Source: Ilumatobacteraceae bacterium (GTDB taxonomy: Bacteria; Actinomycetota; Acidimicrobiia; Acidimicrobiales; Ilumatobacteraceae). From it: a stretch of DNA of 64,000 nt. The notes under the pieces were generated by a model. That model was not told where the DNA came from and made no database searches. It saw nothing but the letters and a program-made list of their open reading frames with translations. Where the stretch lies: the NCBI GenBank assembly GCA_044237775.1, contig JBIIEO010000003.1:34100-98099 (forward strand), in the 5' to 3' direction. Below, in pieces: positions 17,660 through 28,311 of this stretch (within the stretch, counting starts at the first letter, position 1; each line of letters starts with the position of its first letter). A program made the translations under genes and the position numbers.

Positions 17660-20413
17660 TTAGCTGCGCCCGTGGCACATCTTGTACTTCTTGCCCGACC
17701 CGCACGGGCACGGCGCATTGCGCGGCGTCGTCGACCAATCGTTGGCCTCCTTAACGACCGTCTTTTGCGCGGCGGGAGCGGTCGGTGCAACAGGCGCCGG
17801 CTCACCCAATGATGCAGGCTCGAAGCTTTCGGCGGAGAGTTCCTGCACGTTTGCTACCTGCATCGCGGGCGCGTCATTGCGCACTACTTGCACGTGCATC
17901 ACGTATTTCACGAAGTCCTGGGCGATGCCCTTCATTAGGGTGCCAAACATTTCAAAGCCTTCGCGCTGCCACTCGACAAGTGGATCCTTCTGACCCATCG
18001 CGCGCAGGTTGATGCCCTCCTGCAGGTAATCCATTTCCTCGAGATGTTCGCGCCAACGCTGATCGATGATGCGCAGCATGACCTGGCGCTCGACTTCGCG
18101 CATGGTGGCGACACCGAGCTCTGACTCGCGCTTGTCGTAGTAGGTCGATGCATCGGCCATGACCACGTCGTACATGTCGTCCGTTGTGGCACATCCGGCG
18201 AGTGCATCCACCGACACCGCCGTCGGCCAGTACGACGCCAGTTCTTTTGCGAGGCCTTCCAAGTCCCATTCGTCCTCTGCATCCGAAACACAATGGCTAT
18301 CGATTAGTGCGTCGACTGCCTCGGCAAGGTATTCGAGGGCCGCCGACTTGAGGTCGAGCCCTTCGAGAATCTGATCACGGCGCTGATAGATGATCTTGCG
18401 CTGCTGGTTCATGACCTCGTCGTACTTAAGTACGTTCTTGCGAATTTCACCGTTGCGCTGCTCTACCGTGGTCTGCGCGCGCTCAATCGCTTTGGTGACC
18501 ATCTTCGCTTCGATCGCTTCGTCTTCCGGCAACGCACGACCCATCACCCACGACAACGCGCCGGTAGCAAACAGACGCATCAATTCGTCGTCGAGGCTCA
18601 AGTAGAAGCGGCTCTCGCCGGGGTCGCCCTGGCGGCCAGCGCGGCCCCGCAACTGATTGTCGATACGTCGCGACTCGTGACGCTCGGTGCCGAGCACGTA
18701 GAGCCCACCAAGTGCGCGCACACGCTCACCCTCCGCCTTGCACGACACCTCATACTCGGCGAGTAGCTCCCGATATCGCGCCTGTGCCTTGTCGCGCTCA
18801 GTCCGGAAATCCGGCGGCATCTGGTCAAGCGGCACGGGCATCGCGAACTCGTCGACCAGCATCTCGGGCTGGTATCCCTCGCGAAGCACGTGCTGACGCG
18901 CCAGGCCCTCCGGGTTGCCGCCGAGCAGGATGTCCACGCCGCGTCCTGCCATGTTGGTGGCCACGGTTACCGAGCCCAAACGGCCGGCTTGCGTCACGAT
19001 CGTCGCTTCGCGCGTGTGCTGCTTGGCATTGAGCACTTCGTGAGTAATGCCGTTTTGCTGCAACTTGCGGGACAGCAATTCGCTCTTCTCCACGCTCACC
19101 GTGCCAACGAGAATCGGCTGACCCGCGGCATGCCGTTCCGTAATGTCGGCCACAACCGCCTCGAACTTGGCGGTCTCGGTCTTATAGATGAGGTCGGGCT
19201 GATCTGCTCGCACCATCGGCCGGTTCGTGGGAATCGGCACCACCTGCAGGCTGTAGGTGTTCATCAATTCGGCGGCTTCGGTCTGCGCCGTTCCCGTCAT
19301 GCCCGACAACTTGTCGTACATGCGGAAGTAATTCTGCAGCGTGATCGTTGCCAACGTCTGGTTTTCTTCCTTGATCTTGACGCCCTCTTTGGCCTCGACG
19401 GCCTGGTGTAGGCCCTCGCTCCAGCGACGCCCCTCAAGGATGCGGCCCGTGAACTCGTCGACGATTTTTACTTCGCCGTCTTGCACGATGTAGTCCTTGT
19501 CGCGGTGGTACAACACCGACGCCTTCAGCGCGACCTGCAGTTGATGCACGAGATTCTGTTGCACCTCGTCGTAGAGGTTGGCAATTCCGAGGGCTTGTTC
19601 GACTTTTTCGATGCCCGACTCGGTCGGCACCACGATGCGCTTGTCCTCCTCGACGTCGAAGTCGACATCGCGACGCAGCGATCGAACAATCGAAGCAAAC
19701 TTGTAGTACGTCTTGGCCGCGTCAGCGATGCGACCAGAAATGATGAGCGGCGTGCGTGCTTCGTCGATGAGGATGGAGTCGACCTCGTCAACGATCGCGT
19801 AGTGATGTCCGCGCTGCACCTTGTCGTCTTTGGTGCCTGCCATGTTGTCGCGCAGGTAATCGAAACCAAACTCGTTGTTTGTGCCGTAGGTGATGTCGGC
19901 TGCGTAGTCAGCCCGCTTCTCTGCCGGTGTCGGCCTGCTGCCCGGCACCACCAAGCCCACCGACAATCCCATGAAACGGTGGATGCGACCCATCCATTCG
20001 GCATGGAACTTGGCGAGATAGTCGTTGACGGTGATGACGTGAACGCCACGGCCCGACAACGCATTGAGATACGCGGGAAGAGTAGACACCAAGGTCTTGC
20101 CCTCGCCCGTCTTCATTTCTGCAATCCACCCTGCATGCAGCGCGGCGCCACCCATCATCTGCACATCGAAATGTCGCTGGCCGATCACCCGAATCGCTGC
20201 CTCACGCACCACAGCGAACGCCTCGATCATGAGGTCGTCGACGTCTTCGCCCCGCTCAAGGCGCTGACGAAATTCGGCCGTCTTGGCCTGGAGCGCGGCG
20301 TCCGACAACGCCTGCATGGACGGTTCGAGCTCGTTGATCTCGGGGACAATTCCCGCGAGCGCCTTGACCTTTTTGCCCTCGCCGGCGCGGAGGATGCGAT
20401 CCAGGAGTGCCAT
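17660..20413 (-). CDS. secA: Preprotein translocase ATPase SecA
   Basis: 917-aa [12 protein letters not shown] Walker [31 protein letters not shown]-terminal zinc motif [14 protein letters not shown]. Confidence 0.97.
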   Translation of the reverse strand: MALLDRILRAGEGKKVKALAGIVPEINELEPSMQALSDAALQAKTAEFRQRLERGEDVDDLMIEAFAVVREAAIRVIGQRHFDVQMMGGAALHAGWIAEMKTGEGKTLVSTLPAYLNALSGRGVHVITVNDYLAKFHAEWMGRIHRFMGLSVGLVVPGSRPTPAEKRADYAADITYGTNNEFGFDYLRDNMAGTKDDKVQRGHHYAIVDEVDSILIDEARTPLIISGRIADAAKTYYKFASIVRSLRRDVDFDVEEDKRIVVPTESGIEKVEQALGIANLYDEVQQNLVHQLQVALKASVLYHRDKDYIVQDGEVKIVDEFTGRILEGRRWSEGLHQAVEAKEGVKIKEENQTLATITLQNYFRMYDKLSGMTGTAQTEAAELMNTYSLQVVPIPTNRPMVRADQPDLIYKTETAKFEAVVADITERHAAGQPILVGTVSVEKSELLSRKLQQNGITHEVLNAKQHTREATIVTQAGRLGSVTVATNMAGRGVDILLGGNPEGLARQHVLREGYQPEMLVDEFAMPVPLDQMPPDFRTERDKAQARYRELLAEYEVSCKAEGERVRALGGLYVLGTERHESRRIDNQLRGRAGRQGDPGESRFYLSLDDELMRLFATGALSWVMGRALPEDEAIEAKMVTKAIERAQTTVEQRNGEIRKNVLKYDEVMNQQRKIIYQRRDQILEGLDLKSAALEYLAEAVDALIDSHCVSDAEDEWDLEGLAKELASYWPTAVSVDALAGCATTDDMYDVVMADASTYYDKRESELGVATMREVERQVMLRIIDQRWREHLEEMDYLQEGINLRAMGQKDPLVEWQREGFEMFGTLMKGIAQDFVKYVMHVQVVRNDAPAMQVANVQELSAESFEPASLGEPAPVAPTAPAAQKTVVKEANDWSTTPRNAPCPCGSGKKYKMCHGRS

Positions 20414-20426
20414 GCAGCATGTGATG

Positions 20427-21014
20427 CTACCGAGTGTTCATCGGCGCGGGGGTGGCGGCAACGGCAACACACACCACGCTCGTAGCCCCTGCCGCAATCA
20501 GTACCGCGCGTGCCCGATCGAACGATGCGCCAGTCGTCACCACATCATCAACAACCATGACCCGAGTCGCCGCGCCCACAGGTCGTGCAACAAAGGTGGG
20601 GCCTTGCAAACGTTGGCGCCGCGTGCGCCCGGTCTGCACTTCATCTGACGTCTTGCGCAACAGGCGACGCACGGGAACACGCAGGTGCCGGCCGAAACGC
20701 CTCGCCAATAGTTCAGATTGGTCGACACCCCGCTGGCGTTGGCGCTGGCGCGTTGTAGGCACCCATGTGATGACGTCAACAGTCGGTAACGGGTGGAGCC
20801 GCTGCAGCACGGCATCAACGAGCACGCGTGCATTCGCACGATTGTTGCGGTACTTGAGACCGATGATGAGCTCGCGCGCCATGCCTGCAAAAACGAATCC
20901 CGCCCAAATTGCAGACCCTGTTGGTCGCGCTTCGCTCAGCAGTCGGCGCATACATGCATCGCATGTGCCACGTCCACGTTCGCCGCACCCGTCGCACACG
21001 TGTGCAAAGAACAT
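20427..21014 (-). CDS. comF: ComF-family phosphoribosyltransferase-domain protein
   Basis: N-terminal Cys pairs ([15 protein letters not shown]) and the PRTase motif [13 protein letters not shown]. Typical position upstream of secA in Actinomycetota. Confidence 0.75.
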   Translation of the reverse strand: MFFAHVCDGCGERGRGTCDACMRRLLSEARPTGSAIWAGFVFAGMARELIIGLKYRNNRANARVLVDAVLQRLHPLPTVDVITWVPTTRQRQRQRGVDQSELLARRFGRHLRVPVRRLLRKTSDEVQTGRTRRQRLQGPTFVARPVGAATRVMVVDDVVTTGASFDRARAVLIAAGATSVVCVAVAATPAPMNTR

Positions 21015-21057
21015 TGACCTCCCGTTGCTGCTCGCTGCGGATCATTAGTGTTGAGCG

Positions 21058-21690
21058 GTGCGTCAGTTCCTGCAACCATTGGCTGATCGCCCCGCGCAGC
21101 GCGTCACCCGATGTGTGGGCGGTCTGGCACTCTTCGGCATCGGTGTCGCCCTTCAGAAAGAGGGGCAAATGGGTCTTGCTCCGTGGGACGTTTTTCACGA
21201 GGGCTTCAGTCAGGTGCTGGGATGGCAATTTGGACGTGCGCTGGTGTTGACCAGCTTCCTCGTTCTACTGCTGTGGATTCCGTTGCGTCAGCGACCCGGC
21301 ATCGGCACGTTGCTCAACGCGGTTGAGATTGGCGTCGTCGCCGACATTGCGATTGCGGTGCTGCCCGAACCCGAAACGCTGTGGGTGCGCATTCCTTTCA
21401 TGCTCATAGGGGTGCTGCTTGTCGGAATCGGTTCCGGCTTCTACATCGGTGCCGGACTAGGGCCTGGCCCGCGTGACGGATTGATGACTGGCCTGGCCGC
21501 TCGCGGCATGAAAGTGTCACGCGCACGCACGTCGGTTGAACTCACCGTGCTGCTGCTCGGCTGGATCCTCGGTGGCTCGGTGGGCGTGGGCACGCTCGTG
21601 TTTGCACTCAGCATCGGGCCAATCGTGGCGCGCACGATTCCCCTGTTGCGCCTCGCTCCGCTCGACGACGCGCAACCTTGGGGCGAATGA
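21058..21690 (+). CDS. Polytopic membrane protein (YczE/YitT-like)
   Basis: 210-aa ORF (GTG start) with about 5-6 hydrophobic helices and a GLGPGPRDGLM motif. Family call is weak. Confidence 0.55.
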   Translation: MRQFLQPLADRPAQRVTRCVGGLALFGIGVALQKEGQMGLAPWDVFHEGFSQVLGWQFGRALVLTSFLVLLLWIPLRQRPGIGTLLNAVEIGVVADIAIAVLPEPETLWVRIPFMLIGVLLVGIGSGFYIGAGLGPGPRDGLMTGLAARGMKVSRARTSVELTVLLLGWILGGSVGVGTLVFALSIGPIVARTIPLLRLAPLDDAQPWGE

Positions 21691-21691
21691 A

Positions 21692-23140
21692 TTAGTAGCG
21701 GTACGCCTCTGGCTTGAACGGGCCAGAGGGTTCGATGCCCAAGTACTCGGCTTGCTCGTCCGACATCTTCGTCAGCTTCACGCCAAGTGCTTCAAGATGC
21801 AGCGCCGCAACCTTTTCGTCGAGGTGCTTTGGCAACACATACACACCAATCGGGTACTTGTCCAGGTTGTTGAACAATTCCACCTGCGCGATGACCTGAT
21901 TCGAAAATGAGCAGCTCATCACGAAACTGGGATGGCCCGTGGCACAACCGAGATTCACCAGGCGGCCCTCGGCGAGGACGATCACCGCGTGTCCGTCAGG
22001 GAACGTCCACAGGTCGGTGCCCTGCTTGAGTTCGTCACGCTGCGCACCGCTGCGCGCCAGACCCGCCATGTCGATTTCATTGTCGAAGTGGCCGATATTG
22101 CACACGATCGCATTGTGCTTCATCTTGGCCATGTGGTCGACGGTGATGATGTCGGCATTACCGGTAGCCGTCACGAACACGTCGGCAATTGACACGGCGT
22201 TGTCGAGCGTGTCCACCTGGTAGCCCTCCATCGCCGCCTGCAAGGCGTTAATGGGGTCGATTTCCGTGACGATCACGCGCGAGCCCTGGCCGCGCAAGCT
22301 CTGTGCGCAGCCCTTGCCAACATCTCCATAGCCGCACACCACCGCGATCTTGCCCGCGAGCATGACGTCGGTAGCGCGATTGATTGCGTCGATGAGCGAG
22401 TGGCGACAGCCGTACAAGTTGTCGAACTTCGACTTGGTCACGCTGTCGTTGACATTGATCGCCGGAAACAACAGTTCGCCGTTTTCGGCCATGCGATACA
22501 GACGCTTCACGCCAGTTGTGGTTTCTTCGGTAACGCCCTTGACGCCTTTGGCCATCTTCGTCCACTTCTGCGGCTCGGACTTCAGCGAACGCTGCAGAAG
22601 ACCGAGCACGATCGCCAACTCGGGGTTCGATGCCGTCGTCGGGTCGGGCACCGCGCCCGCCTTTTCGTATTCCACACCCTTGTGCAACAGCAACGTCGCG
22701 TCACCGCCGTCGTCGAGGATCATGTTTGGGCCGTCCCCATCGGGCCACGTCATCATCTGATCAGTCGCCCACCAATACTCTTCGAGCGTCTCGCCCTTCC
22801 ACGCAAACACCGGCACGCCCTTGGGTTCGTCGACCGTGCCCTCGGGCCCCACCACCACCGCTGCGGCGGCGTGGTCTTGCGTCGAGAAAATGTTGCAGGA
22901 CGCCCAGCGCACCTCTGCACCCAATTCCACCAGCGTCTCGATGAGTACCGCCGTCTGAATGGTCATGTGCAACGATCCCGAGATACGCGCACCCTTCAGT
23001 GGCTTCGACTTACCGAACTCCTTGCGCAGCGCACGCAGTCCAGGCATTTCATGCTCGGCGAGATGGATCTCCTTGCGGCCGAAGGGGGCAAGCGACAGAT
23101 CGGCGACGCGCCAATCACGACGTTGGGCAAATGTGGACAT
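21692..23140 (-). CDS. ahcY: Adenosylhomocysteinase
   Basis: 482-aa ORF, ...[21 protein letters not shown]...DDGGD...GYGDVGKG...EIDPI.ALQA.MEG. AAGGAG Shine-Dalgarno upstream. Confidence 0.97.
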   Translation of the reverse strand: MSTFAQRRDWRVADLSLAPFGRKEIHLAEHEMPGLRALRKEFGKSKPLKGARISGSLHMTIQTAVLIETLVELGAEVRWASCNIFSTQDHAAAAVVVGPEGTVDEPKGVPVFAWKGETLEEYWWATDQMMTWPDGDGPNMILDDGGDATLLLHKGVEYEKAGAVPDPTTASNPELAIVLGLLQRSLKSEPQKWTKMAKGVKGVTEETTTGVKRLYRMAENGELLFPAINVNDSVTKSKFDNLYGCRHSLIDAINRATDVMLAGKIAVVCGYGDVGKGCAQSLRGQGSRVIVTEIDPINALQAAMEGYQVDTLDNAVSIADVFVTATGNADIITVDHMAKMKHNAIVCNIGHFDNEIDMAGLARSGAQRDELKQGTDLWTFPDGHAVIVLAEGRLVNLGCATGHPSFVMSCSFSNQVIAQVELFNNLDKYPIGVYVLPKHLDEKVAALHLEALGVKLTKMSDEQAEYLGIEPSGPFKPEAYRY

Positions 23141-23206
23141 TGATGCTCCTTGATGGGTAGGCGTAGCGACTCTAGTTCGGGTGACGTACGCGACGAGACA
23201 CGTGGA

Positions 23207-23443
23207 TCAGGCGACGAAGGTGGGCTCGATGCTTTCGGCATCGATGCGGGCCATGAGACGAGCATGCTCGGCATCGTCCACACCTACCGCCTCATCGATC
23301 AACATCACCGGAATGCCGTCGCGAACTTCGTACTTACGATGCAACCGCGGGTTATAGAGAAAGTCATCTGCCGCGAAGTAATAGAGCGGCCCTTTGTCCT
23401 GCGGGCAGGCGAGGATCTGGAGCAACGTCTGGTCGAGTCCCAT
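23207..23443 (-). CDS. Trm112-family (UPF0434) small protein
   Basis: 78 aa. LLQILACP.DKGPL ... DGIPVMLIDEA is the family hallmark. Confidence 0.8.
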   Translation of the reverse strand: MGLDQTLLQILACPQDKGPLYYFAADDFLYNPRLHRKYEVRDGIPVMLIDEAVGVDDAEHARLMARIDAESIEPTFVA

Positions 23444-23460
23444 GCCTCGACACTAGTTCG

Positions 23461-24816
23461 TCAGGATGCCGTGATCTCGAGGAGTAGTTCGGCAACACGG
23501 TCGTCGCACTCCTCACGCGTGGGTGCCTCGAGGTTAAGTCGCAGCAATGGTTCGGTGTTCGACGGGCGTACATTGAACCACCAGGGACCGCAGTCGACGG
23601 TCAATCCGTCGAGACGGTCCTGATCGAAGTGCGCGTACTTGTCAGCAATGCGCTGAATCACCGCGTCGATATCCGGCACCGTCGTGTTGATCTCACCACT
23701 CGACGCGTAGCGCTCGAGCGGCTCGCGCAACTGTGCGAGCGACTTACCTGAGTGGCACATCTCGCCGAGCACGCCCATCGTGGCGATCAGCCCGCTGTCG
23801 GCCCGATAGTTGTCGGCAAAGTAGTAGTGCCCCGAGTGTTCACCGGCAAACACTGCGCGAGTCTCGGCCATAATTTGCTTCACGTAACTGTGACCGTTCT
23901 TGGTGCGAATCGCGTTGCCACCCAGCTCGGCGATGACCTCGGGAACCGCACGCGAGCAGATCAAGTTGTAGAGAATCGTTGCACCAGGTGTAAGGCGGAG
24001 GAATCGCGACGCCAGCAATGCCGTTGTCGTGCTGCCAGACATGCCGCGACCTTTTTCATCGACAAGAAAAACGCGGTCCGCGTCGCCATCAAATGCCAAA
24101 CCCACGTCGAATCCACCAGCGAGCACTCGCGCTTGCAGGTCTCGCTGATTGGCCGGCTGCAGCGGATCGGCAGGATGGTTAGGAAATGTGCCATCCAATT
24201 CGCCGTACATGATCTCAATGTCAAAAGCCTCGAGACGTTCGAAGACCGCAGGCACCACAAGGCCGCCCATGCCATTTGCCGTGTCGGCGACGATGCGCAG
24301 CGGCCGCAACGTGTCGCCAGCAATGAACCCCACCACGTGCTCGGCGAACTCGGCGAGCAAGTTCGCAAAGCTCAGCGTGCCAGCCTTCGCAGCGGCCGGA
24401 GGCTCGCGGCCATCCAAGACCTCCACGGCGATTGCTTTCATGTCGCGCAGGCCGTTGTCGATGCCGATCGAACGTGCGCCCGCCAAGCAACACTTGATGC
24501 CGTTGTATTGAGCGGGGTTATGCGACGCCGTGAACATTGCGCCAGGCACGTTGAACTTGCCCGACGCGTAATACAGCAAGTCGCTGGAGGCCAGCCCAAG
24601 GTTGGTGACGTCGACGCCGTGATTCAGCGCGCCGCGCTGAAACGCATCGACCAGCTCGAGCCCGCTGGGACGCATGTCGTGGGCCACAACGATCGCAGAT
24701 GCGCCCGTGAATCGCGCGAATGCCACGCCGAGGGCGTAGGCCGCAGAGGCGTCGAGCTGATCGGGAACGGTGCCCCGAATGTCGTAGGCCTTGACGATTG
24801 CATCCAGATTGGGCAC
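23461..24816 (-). CDS. manB: Phosphomannomutase / phosphoglucomutase
   Basis: 451 aa. YDIRG, active-site TASHNP, metal loop FDGDADR, GEHSGHY. Confidence 0.9.
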   Translation of the reverse strand: MPNLDAIVKAYDIRGTVPDQLDASAAYALGVAFARFTGASAIVVAHDMRPSGLELVDAFQRGALNHGVDVTNLGLASSDLLYYASGKFNVPGAMFTASHNPAQYNGIKCCLAGARSIGIDNGLRDMKAIAVEVLDGREPPAAAKAGTLSFANLLAEFAEHVVGFIAGDTLRPLRIVADTANGMGGLVVPAVFERLEAFDIEIMYGELDGTFPNHPADPLQPANQRDLQARVLAGGFDVGLAFDGDADRVFLVDEKGRGMSGSTTTALLASRFLRLTPGATILYNLICSRAVPEVIAELGGNAIRTKNGHSYVKQIMAETRAVFAGEHSGHYYFADNYRADSGLIATMGVLGEMCHSGKSLAQLREPLERYASSGEINTTVPDIDAVIQRIADKYAHFDQDRLDGLTVDCGPWWFNVRPSNTEPLLRLNLEAPTREECDDRVAELLLEITAS

Positions 24817-24827
24817 AAACGGTGAGG

Positions 24828-27275
24828 CTAGCGAGCCGTGCGCGCCCTGCGACGTGTAACGACGATCAGCGCACCCACACCAAACACCGTCAACGCATAA
24901 GCCGAATAGTCGCGTCCTGACATATCAAAATGCAGACGTACGTCGTTGTCGGTGGGAACCACGACCATCATGTTGGGCGCAACGCGAAACGGGCCAAGCG
25001 CCCCATCGACTTGCCAGTTCGGAAAGTAACTCACCCGTACAAGAATCGGTACTCCCGTTTGGTCTACAGAAAAGCGCACCGACTCCTGTTCAACCGTTAC
25101 CGCCGACACCTGCACCGGCGGCAACACCACCGACTCGAGCGCATCCGCGGGCACCACCACGTCGACGCGGCGGCCCGACTCCCCCGGCTCCCCTTCGCGA
25201 CGAGCCTCGTCAACTTGCACCGCCACGCGCTGCCACGTACTTGGACCATCGTCGGCCACAAGCGTTGCCCAGTCTTGGGGATTTTGGAACCAACTCGTGC
25301 CGATCTCCAACCAACGTTCGCGTGGATCGCTGCCCCCAAATTCGGCGACCACCGGTTGCATCGCTAACGGCGACACGATGTCGGCGTCGCTCACCTCGTA
25401 CACCACCCACGGTCCACTGCGGGCAACCTCGGTAAGACCCTCAACGCGTGATGCTTCGGCCAGCGCCTCTGGCGTGAACCCCATGTAGTAGCGCACGCCG
25501 AGTTCACGTAGATACCGCAGGCCGCGCTGCGCATCATTGTTGTCGTAGCGCAGTTCGCGAACCGGGTTGCTGCTCTGCTTCGACATTGCCGCAGCAGTGA
25601 TGAAGTGATACGGCGTCGTGCCCGCCGCCTCGAAAAACAACCCCTCCATCGAACCGATACACCCGCTCGTCCAGAACGGGAGCAGCATCAACGACATCGT
25701 CGTGCCGTACTTGTTCAGCTCCGAATTGTTCTCCCACAGTGCGCGCCCGCAGCCGTGCGCTGGATCCTCGCCGAGGCGCTGCATCGTCTGCACGATGTCG
25801 TAGTACTCCCCGTAGGCACTTTTGCCCTCGTAGCCGGTGAAGTTCCACCGGGCCCAGCCGTCGACAAAACCATCGTTACCGGACTTCGTCTTAAACGGCC
25901 CCCACGTGTAATACGACACGCCTTGCGCATCCACCGTGATCGAGCCAAATGGCAATTCCTGAAAACGAAAGCCGATTGCCACCGTGCTCACCAGCGCCAC
26001 AAGTGCCAGCACGCCCATGTTGAATGACAACCGTTTCTCCACCCGCGGGGCCACCACGCGCCCGACCGGTGGCGTCGCATCCGCATCGGGCCCATCGTTC
26101 TCGCGCGTCGACACCTCTGGCACGTTCTCGCGCGCGGGTCGCAGCGACCGCTGCAGCGCAATGGCCCGAATGAAGAATGCGGCCACCTCGTAGGCCCCGA
26201 CCATAAACAGGAGGTACCGCAACAAGTAGAAAAACGGCAGGATGCGCGGATTCCACAGCAGGCCAATGATCGGCAGGCTCTCGCGCGCGATGAACACACT
26301 TATCGCCAACACGACGGCCATCACGCCCATCCACGTGCCAACTCGGTGACCCTTGCGCAACAGAGCAACAAATCCGATCACTGCCCCCGCCATAAACAAC
26401 ACGTCGAGGAAAGGATGAAGCGGAAAGAACATGTCCCAGAACGAATCGTTCACGCCGCTCGGACGCGGTTCATATTTCATATCGGTCATGTACGCATGGT
26501 TAAACACGAATGGCACCACCCAAAACGCTGACAGCAGGACGCCAAACACCATGATCTGCACACCAAGCCCGCGGTTCTTGGCCTTGGCCACAAGGAGCAC
26601 CATCATCAGCACGCCGCCGAACACGAACAGCAACACGATGCCGTGGCTCAGCGCCGCAAGCGCGAGAAACACCGCCGACACCGCGAGACCCGTTCCGCGC
26701 TCCATTGCGCGCGCAACATAGGCAAACGCCACAAACGTCAACGCGAGTGCGAGCGAAAACGAGAACTCGCCGGCCATCGTTGAAGCGATATTGCCGCCGT
26801 AAATCGTGAAGCTCTCGTCATAGAGAAAGACCGTTGCGCCAATCGCCAGCAACTCCGGAATCGGAAACGCAAATCGAGCGAAGCGACCGAACAACCACAC
26901 GCATGCGGGCAGGGCAAGAATCCCGAGAACCGCCACCACCTTCATTGCAACGCCGTATGGCAGAAATACGTCCAACGCCAAAATCAACAGTGCGGGTACC
27001 ACCATGTAAAAGCGATACACGGGAAGCCCCGAGTACCAATCCATGCTCCATCCCATCAACCTGAAGTTCGCCAGCAAGTTGTCACGCAGGTATGCAGGAC
27101 CCCAGACATGCGCGCCCATGTCGCCACCGGTGGGCGTGTTGTTGCGCACAATCAACTCTGGATGCAGCGTGAGCAGAAGAAACGCCGTCGCGCCGCCCAC
27201 CACGACGATTGCGGCGAGTCGCCGCCAATACTGCTCGTCGTGCTTCAGCCCGCCATCGACTGGTTGGCCATCCAC
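24828..27275 (-). CDS. Large polytopic membrane protein, GT-C-like (putative lipid-linked-sugar glycosyltransferase)
   Basis: 815-aa ORF (GTG start). N-terminal half has more than 10 predicted TM helices with an early TPTGGDMGAHVW loop. The C-terminal ~400 aa are soluble and look extracytoplasmic. Architecture-based call only. Confidence 0.6.
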   Translation of the reverse strand: MDGQPVDGGLKHDEQYWRRLAAIVVVGGATAFLLLTLHPELIVRNNTPTGGDMGAHVWGPAYLRDNLLANFRLMGWSMDWYSGLPVYRFYMVVPALLILALDVFLPYGVAMKVVAVLGILALPACVWLFGRFARFAFPIPELLAIGATVFLYDESFTIYGGNIASTMAGEFSFSLALALTFVAFAYVARAMERGTGLAVSAVFLALAALSHGIVLLFVFGGVLMMVLLVAKAKNRGLGVQIMVFGVLLSAFWVVPFVFNHAYMTDMKYEPRPSGVNDSFWDMFFPLHPFLDVLFMAGAVIGFVALLRKGHRVGTWMGVMAVVLAISVFIARESLPIIGLLWNPRILPFFYLLRYLLFMVGAYEVAAFFIRAIALQRSLRPARENVPEVSTRENDGPDADATPPVGRVVAPRVEKRLSFNMGVLALVALVSTVAIGFRFQELPFGSITVDAQGVSYYTWGPFKTKSGNDGFVDGWARWNFTGYEGKSAYGEYYDIVQTMQRLGEDPAHGCGRALWENNSELNKYGTTMSLMLLPFWTSGCIGSMEGLFFEAAGTTPYHFITAAAMSKQSSNPVRELRYDNNDAQRGLRYLRELGVRYYMGFTPEALAEASRVEGLTEVARSGPWVVYEVSDADIVSPLAMQPVVAEFGGSDPRERWLEIGTSWFQNPQDWATLVADDGPSTWQRVAVQVDEARREGEPGESGRRVDVVVPADALESVVLPPVQVSAVTVEQESVRFSVDQTGVPILVRVSYFPNWQVDGALGPFRVAPNMMVVVPTDNDVRLHFDMSGRDYSAYALTVFGVGALIVVTRRRARTAR

Positions 27276-27286
27276 GATTGATCAGC

Positions 27287-28027
27287 CTATGTGAGCGCGA
27301 CGACGCTCAATCCGGCGGCGTTAAAGGCGATATGCGTGACAATGGCCAACCCGACTGTTCGGGTCTTGGCAAAACACCAGCCGAGCACGAGGGCGAAGGC
27401 AAACAGCCCAGGAAACTCAACGGGATGCAGGTGGACAAGTGTGAAAAACACGGCTGCCAACATCAGCGCACGCGTGGCGCCGAGCCGAGGGGACAAACCT
27501 CCCTGGATCATCCCGCGGTACACGAGTTCCTCGATGATTGGTGCGCCAAAGACGACGATCGCTACGAGTAGTACGAACCACCAGCCCGTGGCGAGTTCAC
27601 TCAACTCCCGCGCACGGCGTTCGACGTCTTCCACGTTGAATCGATCGGGAAACAGCAGTCGCAATGGCAACATGACGAGATTGACCAGCAGGAATTGACT
27701 CGCGAGCCCCAAGGGAATACCCCACAGGTCGCGCACCGCAAACGACCATCCGAAATCCTGTCGCCAATTGCCCGTCCCGAAGCGACGCGACACGACCACC
27801 AACATCGCTACCTGCGGCACCCATAACGACAGCGATGACAGCGCAATCACCCATGTCGGCAACACGTCAGCTTCGGCGTACCCGCTGGCGCCGAGCACGA
27901 GACCGCCGAGCGCGATCGCCACGACATACGACGCCACCCACGCCACACCCACCACCGTGGGCGCAAAACCCGCCGGCCTGTTAGCGAGCGGTTCGCCGCT
28001 CGGGGGCGGCCAGGGTGCACCGGTCAT
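27287..28027 (-). CDS. CPBP-family (CAAX) intramembrane metalloprotease
   Basis: Motifs APIIEELVYRG, FFTLVHL and HIAFNA in a multi-TM protein. Start set to the ATG at 28027, because the track's N-terminal extension runs across the DUF3499 gene. Confidence 0.75.
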   Translation of the reverse strand: MTGAPWPPPSGEPLANRPAGFAPTVVGVAWVASYVVAIALGGLVLGASGYAEADVLPTWVIALSSLSLWVPQVAMLVVVSRRFGTGNWRQDFGWSFAVRDLWGIPLGLASQFLLVNLVMLPLRLLFPDRFNVEDVERRARELSELATGWWFVLLVAIVVFGAPIIEELVYRGMIQGGLSPRLGATRALMLAAVFFTLVHLHPVEFPGLFAFALVLGWCFAKTRTVGLAIVTHIAFNAAGLSVVALT

Positions 28028-28041
28028 GATGCGAGGCGTCG

Positions 28042-28272
28042 TCACCCAGCGAGACGGTTGGGCACGACTGCGCGAAAACGGTGACGCCGGTCCTCGAGTC
28101 GCCAGCCGCTCGGCGGAGTGACGCGACGACCGTGGCGCTCGCACAAGTCGTAGGCGTGCGGATCTGGTTCCTCCGCAAGATCGTCGATCCACACCAGAGC
28201 GCGACCGTACTGGTACGTCAGGGTGATCGTCGGTGCGTCCTTGCACGCTTGACGGGAACATTTCCGAGCCAC
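28042..28272 (-). CDS. DUF3499-family protein
   Basis: 76 aa, MARKCSRQACKDAPTITLTYQYG...DPHAYDLCERHGRRVTPPSGWRL. Matches the actinobacterial DUF3499 pattern (CSR..C...A..TL.Y.Y...PH.YDLC..H......P.GW). Confidence 0.8.
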   Translation of the reverse strand: MARKCSRQACKDAPTITLTYQYGRALVWIDDLAEEPDPHAYDLCERHGRRVTPPSGWRLEDRRHRFRAVVPNRLAG

Positions 28273-28311
28273 GACCCAAAAAACTAATCATTACGTGTGT
28301 CCTAACGGTGG

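Noticed and set aside
19481-20485. Long ORFs antisense to, or out of frame with, clearly identified genes. Examples: 334 aa antisense to secA; 604..1296 and 2411..3544 over the his genes; 23752..24825 over manB; 33107..33910 over the GT2 fusion; 52208..53179 over dnaE2/NUDIX.
   Set aside because: High-GC genomes generate long stop-free frames on both strands. These translations are Arg/Ala/Pro/Ser-rich low-complexity strings without motifs. Each lies fully inside a gene with a strong family signature.
23141-23206. Possible SAH riboswitch in the 5' region of ahcY.
   Set aside because: Only 66 nt separate the Trm112 stop from the ahcY ATG. The sequence shows an AAGGAG Shine-Dalgarno but not the conserved pseudoknotted SAH-element core that I could recognise. 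ahcY is probably co-transcribed with the upstream genes.
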